Source: Porphyromonadaceae bacterium (GTDB lineage: Bacteria > Bacteroidota > Bacteroidia > Bacteroidales > CAMTPD01). Taken from it: DNA of 42,740 bases. The DNA is taken from NCBI GenBank assembly GCA_003447595.1, contig DLYT01000021.1, positions 27,016 to 69,755 on the forward strand. Direction: 5' to 3'. Shown piece by piece: positions 25,949 to 35,908 of the stretch. The translations under genes were made by a program, and so were the position numbers. Each line of letters begins with the position of its first letter. Position 1 is the first letter of the stretch. The notes below the pieces were generated by a model. The model saw nothing but the letters and a program-made list of their open reading frames with translations. It searched no databases and was not told where the DNA came from.

Positions 25949-26719
25949 TCAAATAATACCTTTTCGAAGTGCATAATATACCGCTTGAGGCATACTATAA
26001 ACCGACAATTTTTCCATGATGTTCTTCTTGTAGTATTTTATTGTATTGACATCAACATTCATCTTCTTTGAGATATTTTGCTCTCGCACTCCTTGAGCTA
26101 CATACTCTAGAATCTCCAATTCGATCGGTTTAAGCATAACTTTATCTTCCAATACAAGTTTGCCAAGACGGGAAGAGTAGATATAACGCACATTCTCCTT
26201 CATGAAAAATACTTGAAAAGTAGCCGGAACCAACGTTTCTAGTTTACGCATAGAAACCAATGCAAATGTAGAGCGGCCATTGAGCATTGCCATCGGATAC
26301 AAATTACAATCAAACTGCAAATACTCCTGGCTTTTAGATAGATAGCGCACTGTAAACTGCAAGCACATATCTATAAGCTTTTTATCCGCACCAAACTTAT
26401 GCAGGATCGGTCTTAGATGCACTCCGATTCCATGAAAGAATGCATCATCGTCGGGATGTGTTATTTCGGCTAAAAAGTGTTCTTGATTTGCTCGTAATTC
26501 CTGAACACTATATCCAAGTTCATCTATTACTTGCCGCGATATAAATAAAGGCTGCGCAGTGATGGTATTTACAACCATAAAACTTCTGTTACGCGACTCG
26601 GCATAGATTCGTCCTCTTCGTACAAATTCAGATAAATACCACTCCCACTCGTCTTGGGTTAGAAAGTCGAATCCGGAATGCTTCTCAAATACGGATAATG
26701 GTGAAAATTCGAAATCCAT
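25949..26719 (-). CDS. LuxR/GerE-type HTH regulator with PAS-like N-terminal domain (module 2, type A)
   Basis: Paralogue of 24191-24961, by eye roughly half of residues identical, with the last ~30 aa almost identical (KYYKKNIMEKLSVYSMPQAVYYALRKGI). ITHPDD is present. I chose the ATG at 26719 (MDFEFSPLS, parallel to MDYIYPSLS in the paralogue) because the track start at 26728 is a TTG. Confidence 0.75.
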   Translation of the reverse strand: MDFEFSPLSVFEKHSGFDFLTQDEWEWYLSEFVRRGRIYAESRNRSFMVVNTITAQPLFISRQVIDELGYSVQELRANQEHFLAEITHPDDDAFFHGIGVHLRPILHKFGADKKLIDMCLQFTVRYLSKSQEYLQFDCNLYPMAMLNGRSTFALVSMRKLETLVPATFQVFFMKENVRYIYSSRLGKLVLEDKVMLKPIELEILEYVAQGVREQNISKKMNVDVNTIKYYKKNIMEKLSVYSMPQAVYYALRKGII

Positions 26720-26736
26720 TTTCGTCAATTTTTCGA

Positions 26737-27480
26737 TTAAAAAAGTCCTTGTTTATATGCAACAAAAATTGCTTCTGAGATGGAACGCACCTTTAGCTTT
26801 TCAAAGATACCTGCTTTGATGCGTTTTAAGCTCCCGAGGGTTAGTTCTAATGCGTCAGCCATAAACTGCTCTTTTTCGCCTTCCCCCGATCTTCTTAATA
26901 TTTCTATTTCGAGAGGTGAGAGTTCTGTACGCTCTTGATCGATAAAGTGTCCGGTTGCCGTAGAGTAAACTAAAACTTTCTGATCTTTGACATTGTGAAG
27001 TTTCAATTTTGGTTTTCCGGTATGATTGCTTTTTTCAAAAAAGCACAATGAGGCATGGAGTTTCTTATTAGACGTGTATAAATAAGGTAAAACTTTTATA
27101 CACAAAGAAAACTGCTCGTCTGTACCTTCATTACAGACAAAATCAATGGAGAAAAAATACGTACGATCAAATTCATTTGTTTTATCAGTAAAATATTTAT
27201 TGATAATATCGCAGTATTTCTTGATAATAGGTAGATCTTCGATTGCACGAAATTGTTCAATTATTTCTTTGCTCAGACTATTTCGTTCCGAGCCCATGAG
27301 ATAAAACAGCGATGGATCATAATTGTAAACGTATGCTTGCTGTGATTTATGATCTAGCAATAACTTTGTTACTTGCTCTATACAACACAACGCCTCAACA
27401 TTTGCAAGAAATATATTTATTCCTTTATCGTCAACATCTCTAAATTTCTGTTTCTTAATTAATAGTTTTTTAAATATCAT
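26737..27480 (-). CDS. LuxR/GerE-type HTH regulator with unassigned N-terminal domain (module 2, type B)
   Basis: Paralogue of 24976-25719, sharing GKPKLKLH, EILRRSG.GEKEQ and FEKLKVRSISEAIFVAYKQGL. I chose the ATG at 27480 (MIFKKLL, parallel to MIFEKLF) over the longer track ORF ending at 27507. Confidence 0.7.
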   Translation of the reverse strand: MIFKKLLIKKQKFRDVDDKGINIFLANVEALCCIEQVTKLLLDHKSQQAYVYNYDPSLFYLMGSERNSLSKEIIEQFRAIEDLPIIKKYCDIINKYFTDKTNEFDRTYFFSIDFVCNEGTDEQFSLCIKVLPYLYTSNKKLHASLCFFEKSNHTGKPKLKLHNVKDQKVLVYSTATGHFIDQERTELSPLEIEILRRSGEGEKEQFMADALELTLGSLKRIKAGIFEKLKVRSISEAIFVAYKQGLF

Positions 27481-27585
27481 TATTCTGCTTTTTCGTGATG
27501 AGCTCACCTCATCCGTTCAACACTATAAGATTGGAAAAATATGATTTGAACTTACATTTTTAATTATATTCCAAACATTACATGT

Positions 27586-27593
27586 CAAAGCTA
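27586..27593 (-). promoter_or_regulatory. -7 box (TAgcTTTG, minus strand) for LuxR module 2
   Basis: The plus strand reads CAAAGCTA. It occupies the position homologous to the module-1 box. Confidence 0.45.
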
Positions 27594-27735
27594 AAAAACT
27601 CAAATTAAAAAAACACCACAAATCACAACTTATTTACATACTCTAACGATGTGCATTCCTGTATATTTTACCTAAAAATCACAGACACGCTATGATTTAA
27701 CCCTACGATTGTTGCACATACAATGATATTATTAC

Positions 27736-27787
27736 ATAAAAAACACCACAAAAGTTTAATCGACAGAGATTGAACCTTTGTGGTGTT
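27736..27787 (-). terminator. intrinsic terminator after the transglycosylase-uvrA-HAD operon
   Basis: Minus strand: aacaccacaaa...tttgtggtgtt stem of about 11 bp followed by ttttt. Confidence 0.65.
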
Positions 27788-27806
27788 ATATCCTATTTTT
27801 ACTTAA

Positions 27807-28439
27807 TTACTCGTTGGTATAATGTTCAAATACATGACGCCAGTCTTCGCCGTTTGCCGGCTGATAGGTATGAAATCCCATCTCTTTGGCTATGGCAATA
27901 TTACCGGCTCCATCGTCAAGGAAAAGTGTTTCGCTCGGATTCATACCCGATTGCTCAATCATCATTTCGAAGATCTTACGCGATGGTTTCACTACCTTCA
28001 TCTCGTATGAAAGGTAAAGCTCATCAAAATACGCGTCTACCGGTCTACCTGCTTCCGTAAATTCATCTGATTTTGCCCAGCCCATAATAATCGGGTTGGT
28101 ATTGCTCAACATCGACACTTTGTATTTGCTGCGTAGTTCGTTGATAAAGTCGAGTTTATATTGTGGAGTATCGGTAATAAAAGCCAACCACCCTTCGTCC
28201 ATCTTCTCACTTGGGATGTCTTTTCCACAAATCTCACGCATCTTTGCATAGAAGCCTTCACGATCTATTGTTCCGTCTTCTACCTCAAGAAACACTCCTT
28301 GTTGGTGATAAAGCCCGATTAAGTCTTCAGCATTGTCTATTCCGATTTCGATAAATTTCTTTACGGCCCGACTGCGGTCTAGTTCCATGATAACACCACC
28401 GAAGTCAAAAACTACGTCTTTGATCTTTTGTTTTTGCAT
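27807..28439 (-). CDS. HAD-family hydrolase
   Basis: Motif I VVFDFGGVI, motif II MLSNTN, motif IV FLDDGAGN. I chose the ATG at 28439 (MQKQKIKDVVFDFGG). Confidence 0.8.
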   Translation of the reverse strand: MQKQKIKDVVFDFGGVIMELDRSRAVKKFIEIGIDNAEDLIGLYHQQGVFLEVEDGTIDREGFYAKMREICGKDIPSEKMDEGWLAFITDTPQYKLDFINELRSKYKVSMLSNTNPIIMGWAKSDEFTEAGRPVDAYFDELYLSYEMKVVKPSRKIFEMMIEQSGMNPSETLFLDDGAGNIAIAKEMGFHTYQPANGEDWRHVFEHYTNE

Positions 28440-28517
28440 CTTTGAATGATTAATGTATAAATCGGAAAAGCTAAGTACACCCTCTAAACAGGAACACTTA
28501 GCTTTTACCATATTGTA

Positions 28518-31403
28518 TTATTCGTTGTTCTTTTCTTGTTTCTTTTGCTTGCGCTTTAATTCTCGAGCCAGCTTAAGTTCTTCTTTGAGGAATTGAGCGG
28601 TAAAGCTTTCCGTGTTCTTTGCTACCTTCTCGGGTGTGCCTTCACACAGCAAACGGCCTCCGCCTCTACCACCTTCAGGGCCCATATCGATGATGTAGTC
28701 GGCACATTTGATCACATCTAAATTATGCTCAATTACAATAACCGTATTTCCTTTATCGACGAGTCGATTCAATACCCCGAGTAGCACGCGAATATCTTCA
28801 AAGTGCAAACCCGTAGTAGGCTCATCCAGTATGTAAAGCGTCTTTCCGGTATCGCGCTTGGCAAGTTCGGTTGCTAGTTTTACGCGCTGACTCTCTCCTC
28901 CCGAAAGGGTTGTAGAGGGTTGTCCTAATTTGATATAACCAAGACCTACATCCTGTAGCACTTTTACCTTGTTGTATATGGAAGGAATATTTTCGAAAAA
29001 CTCCACAGCCATATTGATCGTCATATCCAAGACATCGGCAATAGACTTACCTCTGTAACGAACCTCAAGCGTTTCGCGGTTGTAACGTTTGCCATGACAA
29101 TCTTCGCAAGGCACAAGCACATCGGGAAGAAAATTCATCTCGATGGTTTTATATCCATTTCCTTTACAGGTTTCGCAACGACCTCCCGCTACATTGAACG
29201 AGAAGCGACCCGGCTTATAACCACGAATCTTCGCCTCGGGAAGTCCGACAAAAAGATTACGTATATCTGAAAATACGCCTGTATATGTTGCCGGATTGGA
29301 ACGTGGTGTACGTCCGATCGGTGATTGATCTACATTTACAACCTTATCGATATTCTCGAGACCTTCGATACGATCATACTCCATCGGGTCTTGCAACGAA
29401 CGATAGAAATGCTGACTGAGTATCGGTTGCAGTGTACGGTTTATTAATGTACTTTTCCCACTTCCCGACACACCGGTTACACAAACAAGTGTACCCAAAG
29501 GCATCGATATATTTACATTCTTGAGGTTATTTCCTTTAGCACCGTAAAGGGCTAACTTTAGTCCATTTCCTTTTCTTCGTTCGTCCGGAACCTCAATCTG
29601 AATTTCACCATTGAGATACCCTGCCGTAGTAGTATGCGAAGCTAACATTTCCGGAGGTGTTCCTGCAAAAACAACTTCACCACCCAGCCTGCCGGCTTTC
29701 GGTCCCATGTCGATTACATAGTCTGAGGCAAGCATCATATCCTTGTCGTGTTCTACTACAATAACTGAGTTGCCCGCATCGCGTAGTTGTAGCAACGAAT
29801 TGATCAATCGCACATTGTCTCGTTGATGCAACCCGATACTTGGCTCATCGAGAATGTATAATACGTTCACCAATTGAGAACCAATTTGTGTAGCCAGACG
29901 GATGCGCTGACTTTCACCACCTGAAAGCGATGCTGATCCTCGATTCAATGATAAGTAATCAAGCCCTACATCGAGAAGAAATTGCAAACGGGTGCGTATC
30001 TCTTTCAAGACCTCTACCGCAATTTGTTTCTGTTTATCATTGAGTCGGTCTTCTACATGCTCGACCCATTGAGACAGTTCTGATATATCCATCTGTGACA
30101 ATTGCGCAATGCTGTTGCCATCGATCTTATAGTGTAATGCTTCTTGATTGAGACGAAGGCCGTGGCACTCGGGACATTCTACGGTTTTGATAAACTGACC
30201 TGCCCATTTTTGCGCCGACGCGGATGCTTCCGTTTCTTGTTGTAACAAAATAAACTTCGCGATCCCCTCATAGGTTTGAAAATAGCTAGACGCGCCCAAC
30301 GACTCATTCTTTATTTGCAGTCGGTCTTCCGTTCCATTCATGATCTCATCGAGCAAATCGTCGGGTAAGGTACTTACCGCGTCTTTGATCGTTACTCCAT
30401 ACTTTTCGCACAATGCTTCGATCTGCCAAAAAATGAGAGATTTCTTATAACTACCCAAAGGTAAAATAGCACCTTTATATATGCTTATTGATTTATCGGG
30501 TATGATTTTATCGATATCAATGAGGTTTACCGTTCCTAACCCCTTGCATTTAGGGCATGCTCCGTGAGGAGAGTTGAACGAGAAGTTGTGTGGAGCCGGT
30601 TCACTATACGACAATCCGGTAGCAGGGTCCATCAAACTTTTACTGTAGTGACGTACCTGTCCTGTTTCGTCGTCGAGAATCATCAAAAGCCCGTCGCCTT
30701 GCTTCATGGCAATGCGTACGCTTTCCTTCAATCGTCTTTCGTCGGTATTCGAAACTTTCAACTTATCGATTACAATCTCCACACTGTGCATTTTGTAACG
30801 GTCGAGTTTCATGCCGTGAATGATCTCACGCATGGCTCCGTCTACACGCACATTGATGTATCCTTTTTTACGAATTTGCTCGAAGAGTTCTTTGTAGTGA
30901 CCTTTACGATTGCGAACTACCGGAGCTAGAATGAACACTTTCTTTCCAATGTATTCTGAAAGAATGAGTTCTAATATTTGCTCTTCGGTATAACGTACCA
31001 TCTTCTCTCCCGAAAGATAGGAATAGGCTTCGCCTGCTCGCGCGTACAACAAACGTAAGAAGTCATAAATCTCGGTGGTTGTGCCTACCGTAGAGCGCGG
31101 ATTGCGATTCGTTGTCTTTTGTTCGATCGAAATCACAGGACTTAAGCCTGTAATTTTATCTACATCAGGACGCTCAATACTGCCCAAAAAGTTTCGGGCA
31201 TAAGCAGAAAAGGTTTCTATGTAGCGGCGTTGTCCTTCGGCAAAGATTGTATCAAAGGCTAATGAAGATTTCCCGCTTCCACTCAAGCCCGTGATTACGG
31301 TGAGCTTATTGCGCGGAATGTCTACATCGATATTTTTCAGGTTGTGGACTCTTGCTCCGAGTACCGATATCGTACCTGTTTGTTCGATTCTTTCGTCTGT
31401 CAT
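28518..31403 (-). CDS. uvrA: excinuclease ABC subunit A
   Basis: Two ABC modules (Walker [10 protein letters not shown] and GVSGSGKST, with LSGGESQR signatures twice) and zinc modules [14 protein letters not shown] and [15 protein letters not shown] chose the ATG at 31403 because the track start at 31415 is a TTG. Confidence 0.93.
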   Translation of the reverse strand: MTDERIEQTGTISVLGARVHNLKNIDVDIPRNKLTVITGLSGSGKSSLAFDTIFAEGQRRYIETFSAYARNFLGSIERPDVDKITGLSPVISIEQKTTNRNPRSTVGTTTEIYDFLRLLYARAGEAYSYLSGEKMVRYTEEQILELILSEYIGKKVFILAPVVRNRKGHYKELFEQIRKKGYINVRVDGAMREIIHGMKLDRYKMHSVEIVIDKLKVSNTDERRLKESVRIAMKQGDGLLMILDDETGQVRHYSKSLMDPATGLSYSEPAPHNFSFNSPHGACPKCKGLGTVNLIDIDKIIPDKSISIYKGAILPLGSYKKSLIFWQIEALCEKYGVTIKDAVSTLPDDLLDEIMNGTEDRLQIKNESLGASSYFQTYEGIAKFILLQQETEASASAQKWAGQFIKTVECPECHGLRLNQEALHYKIDGNSIAQLSQMDISELSQWVEHVEDRLNDKQKQIAVEVLKEIRTRLQFLLDVGLDYLSLNRGSASLSGGESQRIRLATQIGSQLVNVLYILDEPSIGLHQRDNVRLINSLLQLRDAGNSVIVVEHDKDMMLASDYVIDMGPKAGRLGGEVVFAGTPPEMLASHTTTAGYLNGEIQIEVPDERRKGNGLKLALYGAKGNNLKNVNISMPLGTLVCVTGVSGSGKSTLINRTLQPILSQHFYRSLQDPMEYDRIEGLENIDKVVNVDQSPIGRTPRSNPATYTGVFSDIRNLFVGLPEAKIRGYKPGRFSFNVAGGRCETCKGNGYKTIEMNFLPDVLVPCEDCHGKRYNRETLEVRYRGKSIADVLDMTINMAVEFFENIPSIYNKVKVLQDVGLGYIKLGQPSTTLSGGESQRVKLATELAKRDTGKTLYILDEPTTGLHFEDIRVLLGVLNRLVDKGNTVIVIEHNLDVIKCADYIIDMGPEGGRGGGRLLCEGTPEKVAKNTESFTAQFLKEELKLARELKRKQKKQEKNNE

Positions 31404-31420
31404 AATTTGCTCCAAACTAT

Positions 31421-32386
31421 TTAGTCAACTACCCAATTCTTATTATGTGCATACTTGTTTGGCATTGCATATGATAAGTCTTTTACATCGGGTATTTGTA
31501 TTTCATAGCTATATCCGTTGGTGATTAGTTTACGATCGCGCAACCACAAATTGAATTGCTTCAACTGCGAATAAGTGATTCCTTGCTCTTTCGCAAACGC
31601 TGCCAAATCAGGTATATCTTTGTCTACTATAACCGTTTTGAATTTCACGGGTTTATAGAGTTGGTCTTTCTTTAACACAAATCCATATTTATAGGGATTT
31701 TCAAAGATTGACTTGATTGCCATAATACGATACGGATAGCGCGATGTTTCTTCTACCAACCACAAATCGAGGGCTGTATCGGCATCTTGCTTATTTAATT
31801 CGCCCGAAATTCGGCCCATCCCGCCATTGTATGAGGCAGCCACCGACGGCCAATCACCGTATTTGGCATAAGCAGCCTTCAGATACTTACAAGCGGCTTC
31901 GGTAGATTTCTCAATGTGATAACGCTCATCGACACCATCTACGATACGAAGTCCTTTTTCTTTTCCGGCCGATGGTATAAACTGCCACATCCCGGCAGCC
32001 TTGGCCGGCGAAAGGGCTTTTGCGTCGAGATGACTCTCTATTACAGCCAAGTATTTGAAATCATCGGGGATTCCGTTTGCCTTCAAGATCGGTTCTATAA
32101 TCGGAAAATAACGATTGGCACGCTTAAACAACAGCATCGTTGTTGCGTGCAAATATGAAAATGAGTTGATTTCTCTATCGAAACGTTCGTGTCTGTCGTA
32201 AGGCGTAAGATCAATAACCTGATCACAAAAAACTACACTTTGCGGCACTTCTACCGATTGTATAAAAGAGGTTACTACAGGCTTGTTGCTGAGCTCTTTT
32301 TTAGAATCGGTACCACAAAGAAAAAGTAGTGAAGAACAAAGAATTCCGCCTGACAAAAACCAGGCAATTTTGTTGGTAGTGCTCAT
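31421..32386 (-). CDS. lytic murein transglycosylase (SLT/MltD-like) lipoprotein
   Basis: Lipoprotein-type signal (LLFLCG). SLT catalytic region LAVIESHLD...GMWQF...SYNGG. It ends 17 nt upstream of the uvrA start, so it is probably co-transcribed. Confidence 0.8.
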   Translation of the reverse strand: MSTTNKIAWFLSGGILCSSLLFLCGTDSKKELSNKPVVTSFIQSVEVPQSVVFCDQVIDLTPYDRHERFDREINSFSYLHATTMLLFKRANRYFPIIEPILKANGIPDDFKYLAVIESHLDAKALSPAKAAGMWQFIPSAGKEKGLRIVDGVDERYHIEKSTEAACKYLKAAYAKYGDWPSVAASYNGGMGRISGELNKQDADTALDLWLVEETSRYPYRIMAIKSIFENPYKYGFVLKKDQLYKPVKFKTVIVDKDIPDLAAFAKEQGITYSQLKQFNLWLRDRKLITNGYSYEIQIPDVKDLSYAMPNKYAHNKNWVVD

Positions 32387-32478
32387 TCTAGTCTAAAAGT
32401 TTAGTCTACAAATTTAATCTTTTGACTTGATATGTCAGTGCATTTCTATTTTGTTTTAAATGCTTTCACAAAAAGTAC

Positions 32479-32486
32479 TATCTTTG
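32479..32486 (+). promoter_or_regulatory. -7 box TAtcTTTG upstream of the LysM gene
   Basis: Exact match, 25 nt before the ATG at 32511. Confidence 0.5.
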
Positions 32487-32510
32487 TGTAGATAAAAAGA
32501 GAAGCAATAT

Positions 32511-34307
32511 ATGAATAGATCTAAAATTTGGTTACTAAGTTTTTTGCTGACATTTGTTGGCATTCATGCTTACTCTCAAGTAGCCGGAAGTGGTAAAGCA
32601 AATTCCGATACGTTTACGCATACTATTGAACGTGGACAAACTGTTTATGCCATCGCTACGATGTATGGAGTTACGCCTGAGGATATTTACAAGTTGAATC
32701 CAAACAGTAAGACCGTAATTAAGATTGGAGACAAACTGATCATCCCTCAAAAACGAGCTGATCTACTGAGCACACAAGAACAGGCATACACATTTCACAC
32801 AATTGCTCCGAAAGAAACTCTTTACTCTCTTTCGAGATCAAACAATGTAACCCCGCAACAAATCATTGAAGAAAACCCGGGTCTTACAGCCGCTACATTC
32901 AAAATCGGACGCACAATCCGTATTCCTCAAAGTAGCGCAAGCCAAACAACAACCGTTATCAAAGAGGTTAAAAAGCCGGATATCGAATATAAAATCAAGA
33001 AAAAGGAGACTTTATTCAGCATCGGAAGAGCATTTCATGTTACGCCGGAGGCTTTATTGGAGCGTAATCCCGAATTGAAAAGCGGTGTCAAAGCCGGACA
33101 AATTATATTCATCCCTTCTCCCGTAGAAATTACGGAGATTGCGACCGAATCATTGGGTAACGAAGCTGAAATAAACGCGTTACTGAATCAAACAATTGCG
33201 GCCAAACGAGTTAGCGCTGCCAATGTCGCACTACTGCTTCCTTTCATGAGCAAGGATCCGGGTGCTGCCGTAGATCCTAATAATGCGCGATTTATCGAGT
33301 ATTATGAGGGTTTCTTACTGGCTGTAGATAGCTTGAAGAAAAAAGGGCAATCGATCAATTTGTATGTGTACGACACAAACAAAAACCCAAAAACGACTGC
33401 CGATATCTTGCGTAAGGAAGAGATGAAAAAGATGAATTTGATTGTAGGTGCAGTCTACAACGAGCAAATCAATCTAATCGCAAACTTTGCTCAAAAGAAT
33501 AACATCAAATATGTAATTCCATTCACTTCGAAGAATGATAATGTACTGAATAACCCGGATATCTTTCAGGTGAATACTCCTCAATCGTATCTTTATTCAA
33601 AGGCTTCACAAGCTTTCTCTACGCTATACGCAAATCACAATGTGGTTATTTTGAAAATGCCTCAAGATAAAGATAGCAAAGATGAGTTTATCTCAGAACT
33701 CAAATCGGAGTTAGACGCTAAGAAGATGGAGTATCAAACGTGTACTTATAATTCGGAAAACTTCAGCGAAACACTCCTTTCTTATCTAAGTGATACGAAA
33801 CCGAACGTTATTATACCAACGACTTCTAGCGCCGAGGCTTTAAGTAGATTTTTGGCTCCACTGAAGTCGATAAAAGATTCTAAACCGGAATATACCTTGT
33901 CGTTATTTGGCTACCCTGATTGGCAAGTATATACAAAAGAGTATTTGGATAAATATTATGCATTAGATACGTATATCTATTCGAACTTCTATGCAAACAA
34001 TCTTTCCTCTCAGGTGAAAGAGTTTTACAACAAGTTTAAGGTGTGGTATAGCAAATCGTTGTACGTGTCTTATCCTCGCTATGGAATGCTTGGTTTTGAT
34101 ACCGGAATGTATTTCTTAAATGCAATTAATTCGTACGGAACAAATTTCGAGAATAATCTATCAAAGATCAACTATAAGAGTTTGCAAACAGGCTTCAACT
34201 TTGAACGCGTAAATACGTGGGGTGGATTTATCAATACCAACTTGTTTATTATCAATTACCGCCCCGACTATTCGGTTAGCGTAAGTGAGTTTAGAACAAA
34301 TGATTAA
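32511..34307 (+). CDS. secreted LysM-repeat protein fused to a periplasmic-binding-protein-like domain
   Basis: Signal peptide, then three LysM repeats (HTIERGQTVYAIATMYGV..., HTIAPKETLYSLSRSNNV..., YKIKKKETLFSIGRAFHV...), then a domain of about 370 aa resembling type-I periplasmic binding proteins. Confidence 0.75.
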   Translation: MNRSKIWLLSFLLTFVGIHAYSQVAGSGKANSDTFTHTIERGQTVYAIATMYGVTPEDIYKLNPNSKTVIKIGDKLIIPQKRADLLSTQEQAYTFHTIAPKETLYSLSRSNNVTPQQIIEENPGLTAATFKIGRTIRIPQSSASQTTTVIKEVKKPDIEYKIKKKETLFSIGRAFHVTPEALLERNPELKSGVKAGQIIFIPSPVEITEIATESLGNEAEINALLNQTIAAKRVSAANVALLLPFMSKDPGAAVDPNNARFIEYYEGFLLAVDSLKKKGQSINLYVYDTNKNPKTTADILRKEEMKKMNLIVGAVYNEQINLIANFAQKNNIKYVIPFTSKNDNVLNNPDIFQVNTPQSYLYSKASQAFSTLYANHNVVILKMPQDKDSKDEFISELKSELDAKKMEYQTCTYNSENFSETLLSYLSDTKPNVIIPTTSSAEALSRFLAPLKSIKDSKPEYTLSLFGYPDWQVYTKEYLDKYYALDTYIYSNFYANNLSSQVKEFYNKFKVWYSKSLYVSYPRYGMLGFDTGMYFLNAINSYGTNFENNLSKINYKSLQTGFNFERVNTWGGFINTNLFIINYRPDYSVSVSEFRTND

Positions 34308-34317
34308 TGTTTTGCAC

Positions 34318-34992
34318 ATGAATAAACGATATTATATCTTGTTATTGCTCTTGGGCTGTTTCTCTTTTACAGCCCTTGCACAGCAAGACAACTCGATCAG
34401 AGAATTCTCAATTGGCCCATCGGGTGGTGTCAACTTCTCAAGGGTAAACTTTCAGCCAAAGGTGAGTGAATCCATGTTGATGCAATACAACATGGGGGTT
34501 ATGGCTCGATATATTGGCGATAAATATGTGGGACTTCAGCTCGAAGTGAGGTATTCGAAACAAGGTTGGAAAGAGTCTTTTCCGGTTGGTTCTACCGCTC
34601 AATATAGCCACAGCATCGACTACATCGACATTCCTTTTATGACGCATATCTGTACGAATGGCAAACGATTTCAGTTCTTTTTGAATCTGGGACCTCAGAT
34701 TGGCTTTGCTATAGGCGACAAAGAAACCTATAACTTCGGAGCAGACGAGAAACCCAATGATAGAGAGAATGCTCAACATGGCATGGCTATCAAGAATAAG
34801 TTCAACTGGGGCTTGTGTGGAGGGCCGGGTATTGAATTGAAAACCGGTATCGGAAACTTCCTTCTTGAAGGTCGCGTATTTTTCGGACTCAGTGATATCT
34901 TCGGAAATAAAAAGGAGGATCACTTTGCAGCGTCCTCCAATATGAATGTTTCGGCAAACTTTACCTATCTTATTCCAATCAAAAGAAGATAA
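34318..34992 (+). CDS. outer-membrane beta-barrel protein (PorT/OmpA-barrel-like)
   Basis: Signal peptide MNKRYYILLLLLGCFSFTALA, alternating beta-strand pattern, and an aromatic near the C-terminus (NFTYLIPI). I chose the ATG at 34318, which removes the overlap with the LysM gene. Confidence 0.65.
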   Translation: MNKRYYILLLLLGCFSFTALAQQDNSIREFSIGPSGGVNFSRVNFQPKVSESMLMQYNMGVMARYIGDKYVGLQLEVRYSKQGWKESFPVGSTAQYSHSIDYIDIPFMTHICTNGKRFQFFLNLGPQIGFAIGDKETYNFGADEKPNDRENAQHGMAIKNKFNWGLCGGPGIELKTGIGNFLLEGRVFFGLSDIFGNKKEDHFAASSNMNVSANFTYLIPIKRR

Positions 34993-35001
34993 TGTATTGT
35001 C

Positions 35002-35466
35002 TTAGCGGATGCGGTTCAACGATCTCACTAATGCCTCATCCGCTCTGATATTACGAATTGTCATTACATTTAAGATCAAAGAAATCGCAGGAAATGCCAA
35101 TGGTATGCCAATGTGCATATTTACAATCCCCAACTGCTCTTTTGTCATCCAATAGAATCCATAGAAAAGACCATAGAAAGCCACTAGAAAGATCGAAGAA
35201 TAAATCACAACCCTCATCTGCAACATTCTCTTCTTAAACATAAAGATTGCTACAAACGAAAGCAATACAATCAGTGTATTAATAATAAACAATCCCCATG
35301 TAGGATATACTAAAGTCGACTCTGCCGTAAGAGCTGTATACGCACCAAATACATCAAACTTATAGACTGCATCCGGAGATATTAGTTCTGCGAGCGAAAC
35401 AAAGTTTAGCGACAACATTAAGATGGCCACTATAAACAAATAAAGAGTTTGTACGCGTTGTATCAT
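35002..35466 (-). CDS. integral membrane protein (DUF4293-like)
   Basis: 154 aa with about five TM helices. MIQRVQTLYLFI start as in Bacteroidetes DUF4293 proteins (from memory). Conserved position downstream of rpoZ. Confidence 0.6.
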   Translation of the reverse strand: MIQRVQTLYLFIVAILMLSLNFVSLAELISPDAVYKFDVFGAYTALTAESTLVYPTWGLFIINTLIVLLSFVAIFMFKKRMLQMRVVIYSSIFLVAFYGLFYGFYWMTKEQLGIVNMHIGIPLAFPAISLILNVMTIRNIRADEALVRSLNRIR

Positions 35467-35481
35467 GATACTTGTAAATTT

Positions 35482-35517
35482 AAAAAAGGCCGACTCTTTT
35501 CGGAATCGGCCTTTTTG
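35482..35517. terminator. terminator hairpin after rpoZ
   Basis: aaaaaaggccga-ctcttttcggaa-tcggccttttt, with an A-run and a T-run flanking, so it is bidirectional in form. Confidence 0.7.
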
Positions 35518-35552
35518 AGATGATAGAATATTTTTTCCTTTGACGGCCCAAA

Positions 35553-35885
35553 TTAGAAGTTATTCTTTTCTTTAGCCGGGTTTCTATGATAAACCTTTCC
35601 TTCCAAATACTCCTGAGCAGCAATCAATGTTGGCTTTGGCAATTTTTCGTAGTAGCGAGAAATCTCGATTTGCTCTCTATTTTCGAAAACCTCTTCTAGG
35701 TTGTCGCTGTACGAAGCAAATTCCTGAAGCTTCTTCTCAAGATCTTGCTTCATTTCTACGCTGATCTGATTTGCTCTTTTTCCAATAATCATTACCGATT
35801 CGTATACGTTGCCAGTGTCTTCAGACAATGACATCATATCGCGGGTTACGGTATTGGTTGGAGCATTAGACTTTCTGTAATCCAT
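35553..35885 (-). CDS. rpoZ: DNA-directed RNA polymerase subunit omega
   Basis: NVYESVMIIGKRANQI core motif. 110 aa. Located immediately downstream of bamD, as is usual in Bacteroidota. Confidence 0.8.
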   Translation of the reverse strand: MDYRKSNAPTNTVTRDMMSLSEDTGNVYESVMIIGKRANQISVEMKQDLEKKLQEFASYSDNLEEVFENREQIEISRYYEKLPKPTLIAAQEYLEGKVYHRNPAKEKNNF

Positions 35886-35908
35886 ACTTATACCAATAAT
35901 TTATATAA

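Noticed and set aside
25841-26071. 76-aa + strand ORF spanning the inter-module spacer
   Set aside because: It overlaps the 3' end of the type-A gene in antisense and consists of an AT-rich, low-complexity translation.
27607-27753. Direct repeat aaaaaacaccacaaa at 27607-27622 and 27738-27753, considered as a possible target-site duplication of a small insertion
   Set aside because: The second copy is simply the left arm of the operon terminator. The 115-nt interval between the copies has no terminal inverted repeats and overlaps the start of the region homologous to the module-1 upstream spacer, so a duplication remnant is the simpler explanation.
34993-35001. Only 9 nt separate the convergent stop codons of the OM beta-barrel gene and the DUF4293-like gene, with no room for a terminator
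   Set aside because: This is compact convergent packing, and termination may occur inside the opposing genes. It is not unusual enough to report as a finding.
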